DNA of 64,000 nt from Trichosphaerium sp. ATCC 40318 (Eukaryota; Protista; Tubulinea), in the NCBI GenBank assembly GCA_038496445.1, contig JALMLS010000538.1, positions 193,651 to 257,650 of the forward strand, in the 5' to 3' direction. Within the stretch, counting starts at the first letter, position 1, and each line of letters starts with the position of its first letter. Shown one piece after another: positions 1 to 13,570 of the stretch. The notes under the pieces are model-generated. The model saw only the letters and a program-made list of their open reading frames with translations. It did not search any database and was not told where the DNA came from. The translations under genes and the position numbers were made by a program.

Positions 1-132
1 ACAGCAAGTCTTGAAGAAAAAATTAAAGAATACTCGGCTACTTTACAACAAAAGCAACAAAGCTTACAGGCTATTACACACCAACTCCAGGTAAAGATTA
101 TGGAACGTCTAAATCAGCAAGGTCAAGTATAG
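1..132 (+). CDS. 3' end of a coiled-coil protein, possibly prefoldin subunit 5 (alpha type); truncated by window start
   Basis: Frame 1 reads TASLEEKIKEYSATLQQKQQSLQAITHQLQVKIMERLNQQGQV*. The pattern L..K......LQ.K....QA......KI resembles the prefoldin-5 C-terminal helix. Confidence 0.45.
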   Translation, partial: TASLEEKIKEYSATLQQKQQSLQAITHQLQVKIMERLNQQGQV

Positions 133-492
133 AAAAAAAGTTATGAAGCAAATAATAATAATAAAATATTGACAATCCCAAAAAATCGGTCACTTCCAGC
201 TTTCTCTGAATGGATACAGCAACCGCAGTCAAAATTTGTCTGGGTGTAAATGAAGGTATGGGAAGCTAATAATCAGGGGATTTTAGTCATGATTTGACAC
301 TTTGTTCGCTTGTAATCGTTTGAAAATTTTCGGATAAAACTTGTGCTTCTTTTTATTGATGATTGGCACAATCTGTTGAGAAAGGAAGTACCTAAATCAA
401 TTGTACTATTACCGTCAACACCTTTCCATATAACTAGAAGTTACCCATCACGTGCATGCAGCCCCATTGGAATTGTAAATAACTACAGCGAG

Positions 493-3111
493 ATGAACTT
501 TTTCACACCTTTGAAAGTATTGATACTCTCTTGTTTTTTATCCACCTGCTTTGGAGTATGCGTTCCTTACGTTATGAATGTAACAGGATCACCTAGTAGG
601 TGCGTAATCATGTTTACAGACACTTATTTAAACAAACCAACAACTACCCTTTTTGAGGCGTTTTGGTGATGTCTATCACTACTTATGTGCGTATCAAAGG
701 TGCGATACCATCATTGGAAGCAATCAACTAGTTTATTTGTCTGGAAATGATACTCAAGTGAGTGTACAAGCGTAAGTAATTAGTTTTAATTAACAACAAT
801 AAAAAAAGAGATCGCGTTAAACGTGTGAGGATTTATTCACACGTGACAGCCGCTTTTATTCATGAAAAAATAATTTACATCTGCATCACACGTGATAAGA
901 CACATAACGTTTAATACAAGTTATTATTGATCTATGAAGCAAAATACACGTGATTTTAAACAACATAAAAAAACATTGTGCAATTTTTATTTCCTACCGT
1001 TTTTGTGGGTGCGCTAACTTGCTCGCAGAGACCTTGATGTTGCTTTAGAAGGTATAGATATTTTGGATGTTGTTGGTGGAGCTAGCTGTAAGTTGTTTGT
1101 TGTTCTCTATGCTTGTCAATCCAGTTTTAAACAATGCAATGATTCGTACACCAACGGATTTATTTTACCCTGTGTTGAAACTTGTCATAATATTGCTATT
1201 CACTGCGAACCATTCCTGGCTTTTAGCTCTCTAGAACTTCCTGATTGCACAAATGAAACTCTAGTATCGGATTGCAATATAACACAAGCTGATAATATAA
1301 CAGGTTGAACACGACATTTTTTGAACAACAACGTTCTGACCTGTATAGTCGAAACTTTCAAGTGTCCTCCCAGATTATTTCGAGATGTCAAAAGTTCAAT
1401 GATTACACCTTGTACTATGAGAAGTGTAAAATATTATACTAAAAAAACACTCACCTAGACGAGGCACCATGCTGGACCTGTCCAGCTCCGGCATATTCAG
1501 GTACTAAAAACTCAAACTTTGTGGCTTTCTATTAAACGACCAAATTCTAGATTTCTCGACAATGCTTGTCAAATACTTCTCTATTGGTGTGTCTATTGGC
1601 GGGATGTTTGCTTCTCTATTTTGCTTCTTTGCTTTTGTAACAAGCAAAGAGTACGTATTGAACAATCGAATACAACTTGAATGAATGTTAAAAGACTTTG
1701 TTTAGGTTTAGAGCATTTCAAACACAATACTTCAGCATCTTAACAGCCGACTCCTTTATTACTAGTTTATGTGTTTTTACGTCTAGTATTTTTCAAGAAT
1801 TCTTTACGTGTGAGAGTAAAGCAAGATTAGCCCAAGCATGGCATTGGCCATGCACTATCCAAGGTCGCTTATCTAAAAGTGTTACATATTCTAATCTTAC
1901 TTTTTTCTTACTTTTCTTAGGTTTTTTGCTGATATTTGCTGGGAACCAACTCATATTCTCCTGGGTTTTGATGGCGTTTAATGGAGCATATATTACCCTT
2001 AGAGGAGTTAAGATGATTAGTGGCAAATACCCATTGAACTATAGAATTGTACAAAGTCATCTTTGGAAAACGTTTTAATTTGTTTGAAAAGCTATTGTTG
2101 ATGCTTTCGCTCTAGGCAGTTTACAGCCTTTTATGGGGAGCCCCTTTAATTTTGGCAGGTGGCGCCGTTGTTGGTGGATATATAGGAGGCATACCTGGTT
2201 TCACATTTTGCTTCAGTAAGTTGTAACGAAACCAATGTGTGCTGACTTAGCTCCCAAGTCACTGTACGCAACAGATGGGCACAGTGGGTGTTCTTTTTTG
2301 GGCCTATTGTACCTTGTTCTATTTTTGGTATTTGTAGTTTCTTGTACTTGATATACCACTTGTACAACATGGCAAGCAAAAAGGTAAGTATTGTTCTCAA
2401 CATTCAAAGCCTGGCAAAATTTCTGTCTCAGGACGTATCATAATGTTTAGGCTACAGTTTCTGCTAATGACTTCAAAAGGAGTAGAACTAGGAACCTAGT
2501 ACTTGTTCATGTTATAACCTATTGGATGATTATGACATACATTTTAATGTACACGTGATTTTTTTTTTAGTAGCTGTTTATGTTCTGTGATATTGTTGGT
2601 TCTTATCGTCCTATAGGTACCGGGTTTATATAGAATTAAATTTTATAGACGTTGGTAATGAATATATTGATTGCTTTCGGACAGCTGTAGACATAGATGT
2701 ATGCTTTCAAAATGAGAGCTTGAATATCCCAGCAACAATTATTTTTATTTTTTGCATTGGAGGTACTTTAACTCTTTTTGCAAAGTGCTCTAAGTCTTCA
2801 AATAACAACTAACATCATCAATTAATAACTCTTTTAAAAGGAAGCGGAATTGCCTTATTTTCAGCGTTCATGTTTATGCGGTGCGTTCAAAACAAATCTT
2901 CTTTTTGCTATTCAGGTCAAATTTAACATATCACAGTTCTTTTCGTCGACTAGTGGCAAGCTATTTTTCGGTGTTACAGCCTTATACAACATTTAAAAAG
3001 AAGGAAGAAGTATCTAAAGAACCAAAGTCTGCTATGACATCAAGTGGAGAAGAACTCGAAGGAAGAATAATAGAAATCCCTAAGGCTGGAAAACAAGCTT
3101 CTGTTGAATAA
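493..3111 (+). CDS. Frizzled/Smoothened-like (class F, Fsl-type) GPCR, multi-exon
   Basis: Signal peptide MNFFTPLKVLILSCFLSTCFG. Frizzled CRD spacing CKLFVVLYACQSSFKQC...LPCVETCHNIAIHCEPFL...LPDC. Linker CWTCPAPAY. Hydrophobic TM exons, extracellular CESKARLAQAWHWPCTIQG, polar tail ending at TAA 3111. The exon junctions I checked (5' half) join in frame with GT-AG introns. Confidence 0.75.
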
Positions 3112-3552
3112 AACAATGCAATAAGACTACGAAAAGTTAAAGCCTATATTTGATTACTTATTCAGTAAACAATGTTGGAGGTGTACAATACATCAATGAA
3201 ACAATATCTAAAACTGTAACTCCAGTTCATAAACATGAAACAAACTAAGCAATGCTTAAAAAGAACTGTCAAAACAAACAAACTAAAAAAGCACGTGTCG
3301 CTATTTTTGAAGAGATGGCCCGATGATGCGAAACAAACCCAATACTAACACGCTCGATTACACATACATTCTTCTTCCTGGACAATCACGAGAACGCTGA
3401 GACCAACACCAAAAAACACCAAGCCCGCTTATTTGGTGCGCAGTTAAGCCAGATCGTAGCTGAAAACATACTGCTGACTGTATTTTAGCAGCTGCACAGC
3501 GCATTGACAATAGTAGTAAAGGTGCAACAGTTTTAGATTATATTGTAACGAA

Positions 3553-4569
3553 ATGGAAGGAGAACACACAGAAAATACAAGTCGCAGCCTCATTACGCTC
3601 CCAGTTGAAGTAATAGTTCATATTCTTAAGCAAGGGACATACACACTCAGTTCAGCCCAGACTTGCCGCCTACTCCGAGATATTGTTCATAACCACGTGG
3701 GATATAATATAATCTATGTTAAAAGCGAAAGGGAAATGAAAGCGCTTTCAGGAACGCCTTTACTTCGAAACACTGAAATTTATTTTGGGTACGGGTTCAC
3801 TCCTAGTGACAGTCTCTTGCATTTACTTGCAGGCGTACATACAATTAGCTTATACGGTTGTAAAGGAATAACAGATGAGGGTATAAAGGCATTATCAGGC
3901 GTACATACTATTGATTTACGTGATTGCAAAAGTGTAACAGAAGAGGGTATTAAGGCATTAGCAGGTGTACACGAGATTAATTTATCAAGAACACAAAATA
4001 TGGTAACAGATGAATGTTTGAAGGCACTGTCAGGTGTACATACTATTAATTTATGTGGCTGTAAAGTGACATACAAAGGTATCAAGGCGTTAGCTGGTGT
4101 ATATGACATTAATTTATCACAAACAAACATAACAGACGAAGGTTTGAAAGTACTGGCAGGTGTACATTCAATCGACTTATTTGGGTGTAAAGAAATAACA
4201 GATGATGGCATCAAGGCATTGGCTGGCGTTCAAAGGATCCGATTGGTACGTACAAACGTTACAGATGAAGGCTTAAAGGCATTGGCTGGCGTGCACACCA
4301 TCAAGTTAGGATTATGTAAATTGATTACAGATGAAGGCATCAAGGCATTGGCAGGTGTATATGATATTAATTTAATGGCTACAAATGTGACAGATGACGG
4401 ATTGAAGGGATTGGCTGGTGTGCATTCAATCAACTTATTTGGGTGTAAAGAAATAACAGATGGCGGATTGAAGGCATTGGCTGGTGTGCACAATATCACG
4501 TTGACGTTTTGTAGAGCAATATCAGATGAGGGCATTAAGGCTTTAGGAAGTGCAAATATTACCATGTAA
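3553..4569 (+). CDS. F-box / leucine-rich repeat protein, intronless, 338 aa
   Basis: N-terminal F-box LITLPVEVIVHILK...AQTCRLLR followed by about 10 tandem 24-25 aa repeats LAGVHTINLxxxx(V/I)TDEGIKA. Confidence 0.9.
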   Translation: MEGEHTENTSRSLITLPVEVIVHILKQGTYTLSSAQTCRLLRDIVHNHVGYNIIYVKSEREMKALSGTPLLRNTEIYFGYGFTPSDSLLHLLAGVHTISLYGCKGITDEGIKALSGVHTIDLRDCKSVTEEGIKALAGVHEINLSRTQNMVTDECLKALSGVHTINLCGCKVTYKGIKALAGVYDINLSQTNITDEGLKVLAGVHSIDLFGCKEITDDGIKALAGVQRIRLVRTNVTDEGLKALAGVHTIKLGLCKLITDEGIKALAGVYDINLMATNVTDDGLKGLAGVHSINLFGCKEITDGGLKALAGVHNITLTFCRAISDEGIKALGSANITM

Positions 4570-5277
4570 CACTCTCAGTTGACTTTCTTCTATCAACTAA
4601 CCAAGGAACACTAACTATAGACGATGTTGTGAGGAAGACAAAAATGTCTTGTGGCTCTAGCGCAGCGCCAAGCATTTGTTATATTATACAAGAACACTTG
4701 GAAAATAAAAGAATGGTTTTTACAGTTTTTTTAAAAACAAATTGAAAAGGAAATTTTTGGGCGATTGCTGCTCGCCATGTTGTTTATGCTTTGTAGGTTT
4801 TTGTTGTTGTTGATTTATACGAAGTCAACTGAAGTTTACCCAAACGCCTGTAACGGAGTAAAACACGTGTACAGCCATAAATTATTTATTGTGCAAGAAG
4901 ACCAACGTAGATTTATCAAAATTAGTGCTAGTGAGATACACAGAACTTGCGTTGATGTGGAGCAATAGTTAGTCATGTGACTGGACAGTGAGAATATTAA
5001 TGTACTAAAGTAGACAGTAATAATACCAAAGAATCTCATTTGCACGTGTTTTGTAGTTTAAAAAGTCTTGGAAAAATGGCTGGCGTTTGTTTCGTTCAGC
5101 TGAAATTGGCTCATGCGAACCCCACTATGCCGAAACCTAGCGAATTTATAAAGAGCGAGAAATCGCAACAGTCTAAAGAGTGCATTAAGATTCAAAAAGT
5201 GACCCTTAAAAAAAACGAGTCAAGGCACTTTGAATGTGAAGGAGGTTTTATTAAAGCACTTTTAGAGATAAGTGCGC

Positions 5278-6024
5278 TCAGGTACAGGCACTACAATCCC
5301 CGTTTAGAGTTAGAGCAACACTCGAAGAAGTAAGTGGGTCGATATCGGCGGTGCCTTCCCAGCAGAAATGAAAAGAGTTGTAGATTTTTACTTCGGAGAA
5401 GTTCCAGCCATCAACATCAAAGACAGTCATCTCAACACTTTGAAGTGTCTTATCAGGATTTTTAACAGGTCCTACCATGTAAAATAGATCGCGAGCACCA
5501 ACTTGAAACTCATCATTTCGGGTATCCACAAGAGCATCGCTGTAAGGAGATGTTGAACTGTCGGTGTAAACGTATCGGTATTTAACTGGTGAATCTGTTC
5601 CATTGAACTGTCCGCCGTTTGTCTTCGTCATTATCATCGTTTCTTCGGATACTATCTTTTCGTATGTATCCCCACTTGCTCCGCTCGTAGCTGTCGTACA
5701 AGAAGTCATGAAAAACAAGTTACAAATACTGTTGAAGTAGCTGGTGTAGTAGCCACAGCGATCGTCTGAGTTGCAAAGTTGTTGGCATTGAGTCTTTGTC
5801 ACGGAAGTATCTCGAGTGAAGGTACATTCTCCAGGGCCACCGTGGTAGTTGCAGTGAGTTACCGTTGATCCAGGGACAGAACCATCGCATTTAACGAAGT
5901 AACCGGCATGCATATCCTTGCGACATCCGGAACAAGTCGAATGGGCGTTGGTGTAAAGGGCTTTGAAGTTGAATGCTATTGCTGATGATAAGCAAAGACA
6001 TAGAAAGATCGATGAATAGTTCAT
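5278..6024 (-). CDS. Secreted Cys-rich protein with PAN/apple-like and PLAT/LH2-like domains, intronless, 248 aa
   Basis: Signal peptide MNYSSIFLCLCLSSAIA. PAN-like CQQLCNSDDRCGYYTSYFNSICNLF. PLAT-like NDEFQVGARDLF...DGWNFSEVKI. Confidence 0.7.
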   Translation of the reverse strand: MNYSSIFLCLCLSSAIAFNFKALYTNAHSTCSGCRKDMHAGYFVKCDGSVPGSTVTHCNYHGGPGECTFTRDTSVTKTQCQQLCNSDDRCGYYTSYFNSICNLFFMTSCTTATSGASGDTYEKIVSEETMIMTKTNGGQFNGTDSPVKYRYVYTDSSTSPYSDALVDTRNDEFQVGARDLFYMVGPVKNPDKTLQSVEMTVFDVDGWNFSEVKIYNSFHFCWEGTADIDPLTSSSVALTLNGDCSACT

Positions 6025-7342
6025 AGTAAGCGAGAGAAGTTGTAGCTTTGTTGTTACTAGGTTTAGAGTAAATAACAATTATATAATTAGCTTAAACTGT
6101 TAGTTCAGACAGGCTGTGTGTACCACAAAAAGAGAAGGAAAATTTCGGGTTTATCACGTGGCTTTTGTCTCAGTAATATGACGATTTTGTCTTCATTTAG
6201 ATGAAGGATAGAGCGTAAAGAGGCGTTGAGTGAGTCAAAGAAAAAGAATCACAAAAAGTTTCTATTTTACCTAAAAATACAGTGTCATAAAAATATCTTG
6301 TGGAATCACACGAAACTTTCATAATATGTTCATAAAAATCACGTGTATGTCAACTAACTGTTAAAAAAATGATTTTAGAACAAAAAACACAATTTGTATT
6401 TTTTTTTGCGTTCCATTGTGATTCTTAGAACTGTTTTAGTCATGACGTGGTTTATTTTGATCGACCCGTTCCACTTTGTTTACACGAAGCTATAACCATG
6501 TTCTTTTGTTGACAGGCAAAATGAGAAAAAGCAAATCCGAACACACAACACGTTTATAGTGCTAGCAAGAAAAAATGTCGTTTCGTTATAGTAGCCAGTG
6601 TACTTGCCACAACACAACAGCGCTACTAGTTAGTGACACAATCTGGGTCCAGGCACTTTAGAGACACTGCAAAGGTAGTATTTGCAGTGCAGCACTGCCA
6701 ATAGCCATGCGAGTCGCACCAGTTTATAGCGTGGTTTGGATGTTGAAAAATCAAACTTTTTTGTGCAGTATGTGGGTGTTTGTAGACAAGCCTTTTCCAG
6801 ACACTAGTCATGACTTTGCAGCTTAGTTTTGACTACAGTCGCAGAGCACCGTATAAATTAAGTATGCTTCTTTGATTTGTGATTCAAGTTAGAGCGCTTG
6901 CAGCATACAGTGCTGTTACAGCCATTCGCTATCTCTACAACACAATCAAACGAAAAATCTGGTTTGATTCACTCAAACAAACCCTTTTGGCTCTTTCTGA
7001 CTTGAGCTTTCATACCGTTCAACTCCATGACTTTCTCGGAAGAGAGCCGCAATCCCATAGAATTTACCTTGGGATGTTGACACTCAACCACGAAATTCAC
7101 ACATGTGCTCTTAAAGCAAACTGGTCGACAAGTGCGTAGATTCCAACCAACTACCCAACTCAAAAAACTCAATCAAAGCACAACAGTTTTCTCATTAGAA
7201 CAAGAGCATGATAGATGCGTCTTATTCAATACTCAAAATCCAAAGTAACTAGACATAAGGTATTTTTTGTACAAAAGTTGTTGCGTTTTTATTTCTTTTG
7301 ATTTTGGTTTTTTTTTTCAACACAACATTGTTTATATGACAT

Positions 7343-10300
7343 TTAGTCATCATCAAGTAATACAGGCTCACCAGGTAATACAATATCACCATTGATACCT
7401 TCAACATCATCTAAGCGTACACTCATCTCCTCACCATCATCGTCATCATCATCATCAGACAACTCACCCAATGGGTCCAATTGAATATCGGCATCGGTAT
7501 CATCGTAATAAGTTTGTACTTTTACTCTGTCATATCGATTACAAGTGACACGCTTCCATAGCCATCTTAATACTTTTACTAAATCTCCTTGGTTACCAAC
7601 AGGTCCTACAGCCATCATGATAGCACTGAAAGACACCATAGAAGCAAAGAGACTTAATGAAAGCGTCAAAGATACAACCATGCCGAACTTTGCGAAAATT
7701 TGAAGTTTGCAAAATAACAACATGCTGCAAGCCAAGACAGTCGTCAACGCTCCACCTGTTACTGATCCTCCCATTCTACCTAAACTATAGCGCATATGTT
7801 TATAACGTAGGTGCATAGGTGAGATCGCTAAAGAGAAAAAACAGCGTCAGTATTTGACAATCAAAAAACCAGAAAAGAACAAAATTTAAACAAAGTGTAA
7901 CTCGAACGTACAAGCAAAGTTTGTATCCATTTTATGTGCATGAACTTTTGCGCAGTGACGTTGATGATGTGTATAAGCATCGGCCAAATGGAATACCTAC
8001 ACAACCGATTAAACAAAATACTCAAAAAAGAAGAAAAAATCAACACTTCAAAACATAGCTCAGGTGAAGTGAAGGCAGCTTTTGACTACTCTTTGTATCA
8101 TTGATATAAAAACTTACGTAATCAATAGATAACCCAACCAGTAAACTAACAGATACAGCTTCAATAGCACCAAGCTTCCATCCCATAATATAATAGATAC
8201 CAAGAAGTTCAGCGATATTAATACACAAAGTCAAGATGGCAACAATAGCTGTTCTCCAGTTACCCAAAAATACAAGTAAAGCAATAAGAGATACACCAAT
8301 AGATATAGCAATACCAAAAGATACACTATTAACAGCAGTGAACTCTGTTTGCATTTGTACCTAACAAGAAAAAGTCAAACAAAAGTCTTGGTTCGAAAAA
8401 AAGAAAAAGACTTCAGTCTTGAGACGTTACCCAATTGTTACCAGCGTCTACTGTCTGGAACGCGTTATTCATACTTGTAGGTGCTTGATCATTCATTTTA
8501 TTAACCCAAGCTTCCCATAATTTATAGTACTTGCGCTCTTCTACAGCAGAGGAAACCTTGGAAATTTTCTTGGAAAAAAAAGTCAATAAACAAGAGTTTC
8601 ATTTTTTAATACTCACCGTCCTGAAGATCATGCGTATCCAAGCGACACGTACAGGCTTCAAGTGATATGTGCTTTGACCGGCGTTTATAGCCTCAGCTTG
8701 TTTATATAGAGCATCTGTATCATTAAAACCGACGTCGTATTTGTAAGGATTATAAAGAAAGTTGAGGTGGTTATGATTTTCAACTTTACTTCTGACGTTG
8801 TATGCAAACATGAAACGAATCATATAATTCGTGAATGTTTTCCTTTTGATTTATAAAGTAAGTATAAATGTTATATGGTATGCCATACAAAATAAGTTGC
8901 AAGAAAAGGCCAAAAAACATCAACAACTTTTTTGGGAAAAGTCAAAACGTGATAAAAAAAAAGAACGCACTCGTTTTTGATTGGGAACCCCATGTTCTTG
9001 CTCACGATATACTTTTTGAATTCAGTCATAACGCATCTAGGCTTAGAATTCTCAGCAATCTCTGTATTTGCAAGTGTTTCCTCACAGACCTTTAAAAGAA
9101 ACGTAAGAAAAAACTCATTTCTTGTTTTGTCAAAATGTTTCTTAACACCGTACTTTGATGGCATATTCTTGTGCTCTTGGATCTGCTAGGTTAAACGATG
9201 TATCATATACAGGTTTACCCTTATCAGAAGCAAAAGGATCATTGATATCAACACCACTTCTATCAATACCATCTATACCATAGACAAGAGATACACGCAT
9301 CCTTGATGCGCTAACACCTTTATCTGGTGCACAAGCGTTGTTTCCACCACATACTCTGCAAACATCGTCAGCATCAAAACGTAGTAGACATGCAAAACGT
9401 GTATTGAATCCAAAAATAAACGCCAAAGAAGACGAGGAGAAAAGGAAAAAAATACATACCCGCAACCATCGACTTTCTTTCCTGAACCAGGAACACCATC
9501 ACAACCTTCAAGTCAAAATTGTCAGACTAAGTAAATCCATAGTAATATAAAAAATGAGTGGGTACCAATGTCTGAAGGCTTAGAAGTAGGTATAGGCACA
9601 GGAGGTGCTGTAGGGGCTATTGTAGTAGAACGTGTAGGCGACGCTGTCGTAGGCGGCGGTGTTATGACATGCGTAGGTGGTCGAGATGGTCTAGCATTCG
9701 TAGGTGCTTCTGTGACAACATGTGTTGGTGGTAGAGTAGTTCTAGGTGATGTTGTTGTAGGCGGCTGTGTAACAACGTGCGTGGGCGGTTTTGTAGTAGC
9801 AGCATTCGTTGGGGACAATGCAGTAGGTGGTTGCATAGTTACAGGTTGTGTAGAGGCTCCGGTCGTTGGTGAGGCCGTTGTTTGGGGTGGCGAGGTGACC
9901 GCAGTATGAGGTGCATGTGACGGCGTTGGTGTGGGCGTACTCGTTGGCGCTCGCGATGTAGGAGGCCTTGTTGGTGCTGAAGTCGTTGGTGGCAGTGTTT
10001 GAACAGGAGGATAAGGTGCTTTAGTAGGTGCTAAGGTAGTTGGCATCATAGACGCTTTTGGAGATATGTCAGGTGGCTTACAAGTACTTCCATCACCGTT
10101 ACAAACACCACATTTATCTCTAGAAATTACCAGTGAGCAAACAGGCAATTCAAAGTAAGAGTCTTATGGTTTCAGGTCCAAAAAAAAATTAAAGATAAAA
10201 AGGAAACGTACTTTCTTCCTTGTACTACTTGACCATCTATAAAAGAAAAGCATCCTTTAGGTACTTCACCACCACCATTATCACTTGCAGCTCTACAGAA

Positions 10301-13300
10301 AAAATCATTTAGATATAAAGCTATTGTTTAAACTGACACCCAAAAAAACAAAAAAAAATAAATCTTCGAATTGTACGTACTCTAATATGCCTTTAATGCC
10401 TCTGTTATCCCATTCAATAAATAGCTCCAGAGGGTTACCCTTAGGAAAGAATCGAAGGAGCTCAGATGATGTCTCTAACTGCGTTGAGAAACCTATAGAG
10501 ACACCGACTATTACGACAGTAATTGCAATAACAACCCATTTCATCTTTCTCAACATAGGTGAATACTTGTGAGTAAAAAAAGCCTCTGTTCCGCGCATTT
10601 TCTTTCCAGCAGCGTTACGTTGTCTACGCTTAACACAACAAGGTATTTGATCTTCAACCATCCTTTTACCCTTCTTTATAGACTTGCAAGGAGCCAACTC
10701 ACAACAGAACGGCTTTATCTTGCCTATGATTTAAATGTCAGACTCATGTTGTTTACATTGACCTAAAGGTCCTTATGACATACCTTGAACAAGAGGAAGC
10801 CAATAGCGTGCGTATACTGCCAGAACGACAGGAAACCAAGTGATTACAAAGCAATAATTGGCCATGACGAGAAGAGACATGTACCAACCGAAATCATGTA
10901 AAGCGGTAATTTGTGAAATGACATTTGATCCAAAAGCAGCCGCTGTTGTGATGGACGTTACTGGTACGTTAAGGGATACAAAACTGGTTAAACAAAGAAA
11001 GTAAAAAACAAAATGAGTTGGATACTAAACGTCGTCAAAGCGGCTTCTTTAAACGTCTGTGAGAGGCGTCTACGTAGGTCTTTTATGTCTTTCTTTTGCA
11101 TGAATGTGTCATAGAATATGAATACATCTAAAGCAATGTTAGAACAATGAAGCAAGGATAAAAATAAAAGAAAAAAATAAATGCAATAAGAGTAACATTC
11201 GTACCGTCTACGCCAATACCAAGAACAATAAATAATGATACTGCTGTGAGAACATTGACGTATTTAATCATTAGAATATAATGATAGATTAAAAAGACAC
11301 TACAGCATTGTTAGAAAAGAATTACAAAGAAAACAACCCTCCGAAATAAAATACATAAAACCTTTTTTCTCAACAAACAAAACAAGGTACGTACACAGGG
11401 AAAGAAGCTACAATATGGAGCAACGAAAATACTGTAATGAATATAGACGATGTATGCCACCAAATCAATACAAAAATAATAGCCAAGCTCACAATCTAAA
11501 CGAGAAAACAAACAAAATATTAGCCACATACAAAAAAAAATTCTTTAAAAGTATGACATACAGATATCTTGGCATCAGCGATGATATACTCCAATACTTC
11601 GTATTCAGTAATATAGTTACCTTATAACACCATTAATATGTCGCTAAACATGGAAATAACTGAAGCTTACCACCATGAAATACCATGACATTCAAGTCAT
11701 CCTTACGTTTATTTGTAAGTCCTTTCAAGTAATCAACCATTGTTGTATCCATCCATTTTTTAAATTTTTCGTTTTGTTCATGTCTACGATCAGAATACGA
11801 GGAATAACCAGCAAGTGGAAGACCAAACTTATAGTGAAGCCTCAAAATAGTACTAAACAATTGTCAGTCATTTATCATTAAAAAAACAGCAATAGATGGA
11901 TGCTAAGTATAGCAACGTTTTCAAGGACAGAATATTGTACCTGTATGGATGAGTCTTACTGAATTTTTCATCAGTATAAAGAAACATCCCGTTCACCAAG
12001 AGTTGGTTGACTACAATGCTTAAATCTCCGATTAAAGCACCTACACATGAATGTTAATCATTTAAAAAGCTATTATAGCATAAAGTCAATAAAGGAGGTA
12101 CCTTTGCCATCAAGAACAATATTATTTGTTTCAGCATTGTAAGAAGGGTAGAAATAAGGTATTATCGAGTCTAGGTTTATGTTAAGATTACTGAGGATGA
12201 AAGGATTGTACTGTATACAATCACTTACCACCAGGTATGCATGTCTTCGAACTTGTTGCTTTACAAAAATCTTTGAAGCCTTCAATCTGTGGAATCTCAT
12301 CAAAAACTTCTCTTGCGAATTTAATAATATCTTTATTGAAAATCGTTGCGTTTGGTGATTTATCCAGTGTCATAAACACAATATTGAGGTCCCAAGCACC
12401 AGCCTAAATAATGGGTATTAATATAGGCAATATATAAAATAACAAACAGTAACTGACAGGCTACATTAACAACAAAACAGGCTTTAAAAAAAAGTTGTCA
12501 TTTTTTTTTTTGGACGGATTTAAAACGTACCATTTGTTGGCCGTATTCTACATTACGTTTACTATGTAATGATTCAGTCAATCCATATTCAGATAGTTCT
12601 ATCCCTTCAGGAATTTCGCTGGACTAAAGTGCAACACAGTTATGAAATGAAGCAAAACTTTGCGACGTTTAAAATAATTCAGTGAAAAAAAATCAAAACC
12701 CCAAAAAAAAAAGGTACTCACCCAAGATGTCATTTCTCTTTTTGATGTTGGAGCTGATAAGAGTCTCTTTATTTTTTCATACGTTTCAGATATAGCAGCG
12801 CTGACAGAGTCAGCCCTTTGAGCAACAGGATGATCACGAACAGTGAACGCTAAATCAAGGATATCAGAAAAAACCACAAAAAAGTATTTGATTTCAAAAA
12901 AAAAAAAAAAAGGTAATCTTCTGGCTGTCTAGCTTCCCGGACGATTTCGACGTACATGCAATACCGTGATCAATAGTCACATTACCAAGAACGAGAGCAA
13001 CAAGTCCGCCAATGCACAAGGCGAGCTGTGCGCGATTAGTAGATAAAAATAAAGATAGATGTTCCGAAGTGCGATCAGTGGAGCGCCACGCTATTTTTTA
13101 GAAAGAAAAACGCCCGCCCGAGGTTTGCGGCACAAAAGAGATCAACAGTTACAAAAAGTTTGTCCGCTTTGCCATAGCGTTTCACGCCATTTATAATCGT
13201 TGTTTGAACGACGCTTACGCGTGTTAAAGGGAATTCGTACCAAAACTAAAAAACAACCACTAAATAGCGCGCAAGGAAAGCGAACGATCGCATTCGTGTA

Positions 13301-13570
13301 GAAGAGCGTCTTCTTTGAAGAAGCTTCAGAAGGGTCAGTTAGTTCCACCTCTTCGGCCGCTAGTAACGTTATTAGACCTCATAACAAATGGAGCACAGGC
13401 CGTCGTTTAAAATAAAACACTTTTATCAAAAAACTTGACGTGCCCTTTACAGTTTCATCCTCTGAATGCTCAAAATCAGCCATAGGTCCATCTTCTAGCG
13501 GAAGCGGTTCTAAGTAGTCATCGTCAACAAGCGAACGTCCTTCCTCAACAGAAGTTCCGTTCTCTGACAT
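7343..13570 (-). CDS. Dispatched-like (Patched/RND family) sterol-sensing-domain membrane protein, many exons
   Basis: TM4 motif LGIGVDDVFIFYDTF. SSD helix TSITTAAAFGSN...LHDFG. TM10 motif LGAIEAVSVSLLVGLSIDY. C-terminal GALTTVLACSMLLFCKLQIFAKFG...AVGP and an acidic tail. Confidence 0.85.
9580..10060 (-). repeat. Pro/Thr-rich mucin-like coding repeat inside the Dispatched-like gene
   Basis: Repeats such as PPTHVVTQPPTTTSP, PPTHVVTEAPTNARP and PPTHVITPPPTTASP. Confidence 0.85.

Noticed and set aside
3780-4565. Antisense ORFs over the LRR gene
   Set aside because: They are shadows of the repetitive sense-strand coding sequence.
6626-7172. Short ORFs between the PAN/PLAT and Dispatched-like genes
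   Set aside because: No recognisable motif or consistent exon chain.
9568-9909. Val/Gly-rich ORF (also at 50184-50378 and 63465-63749)
   Set aside because: Reverse complements of Pro/Thr coding repeats.
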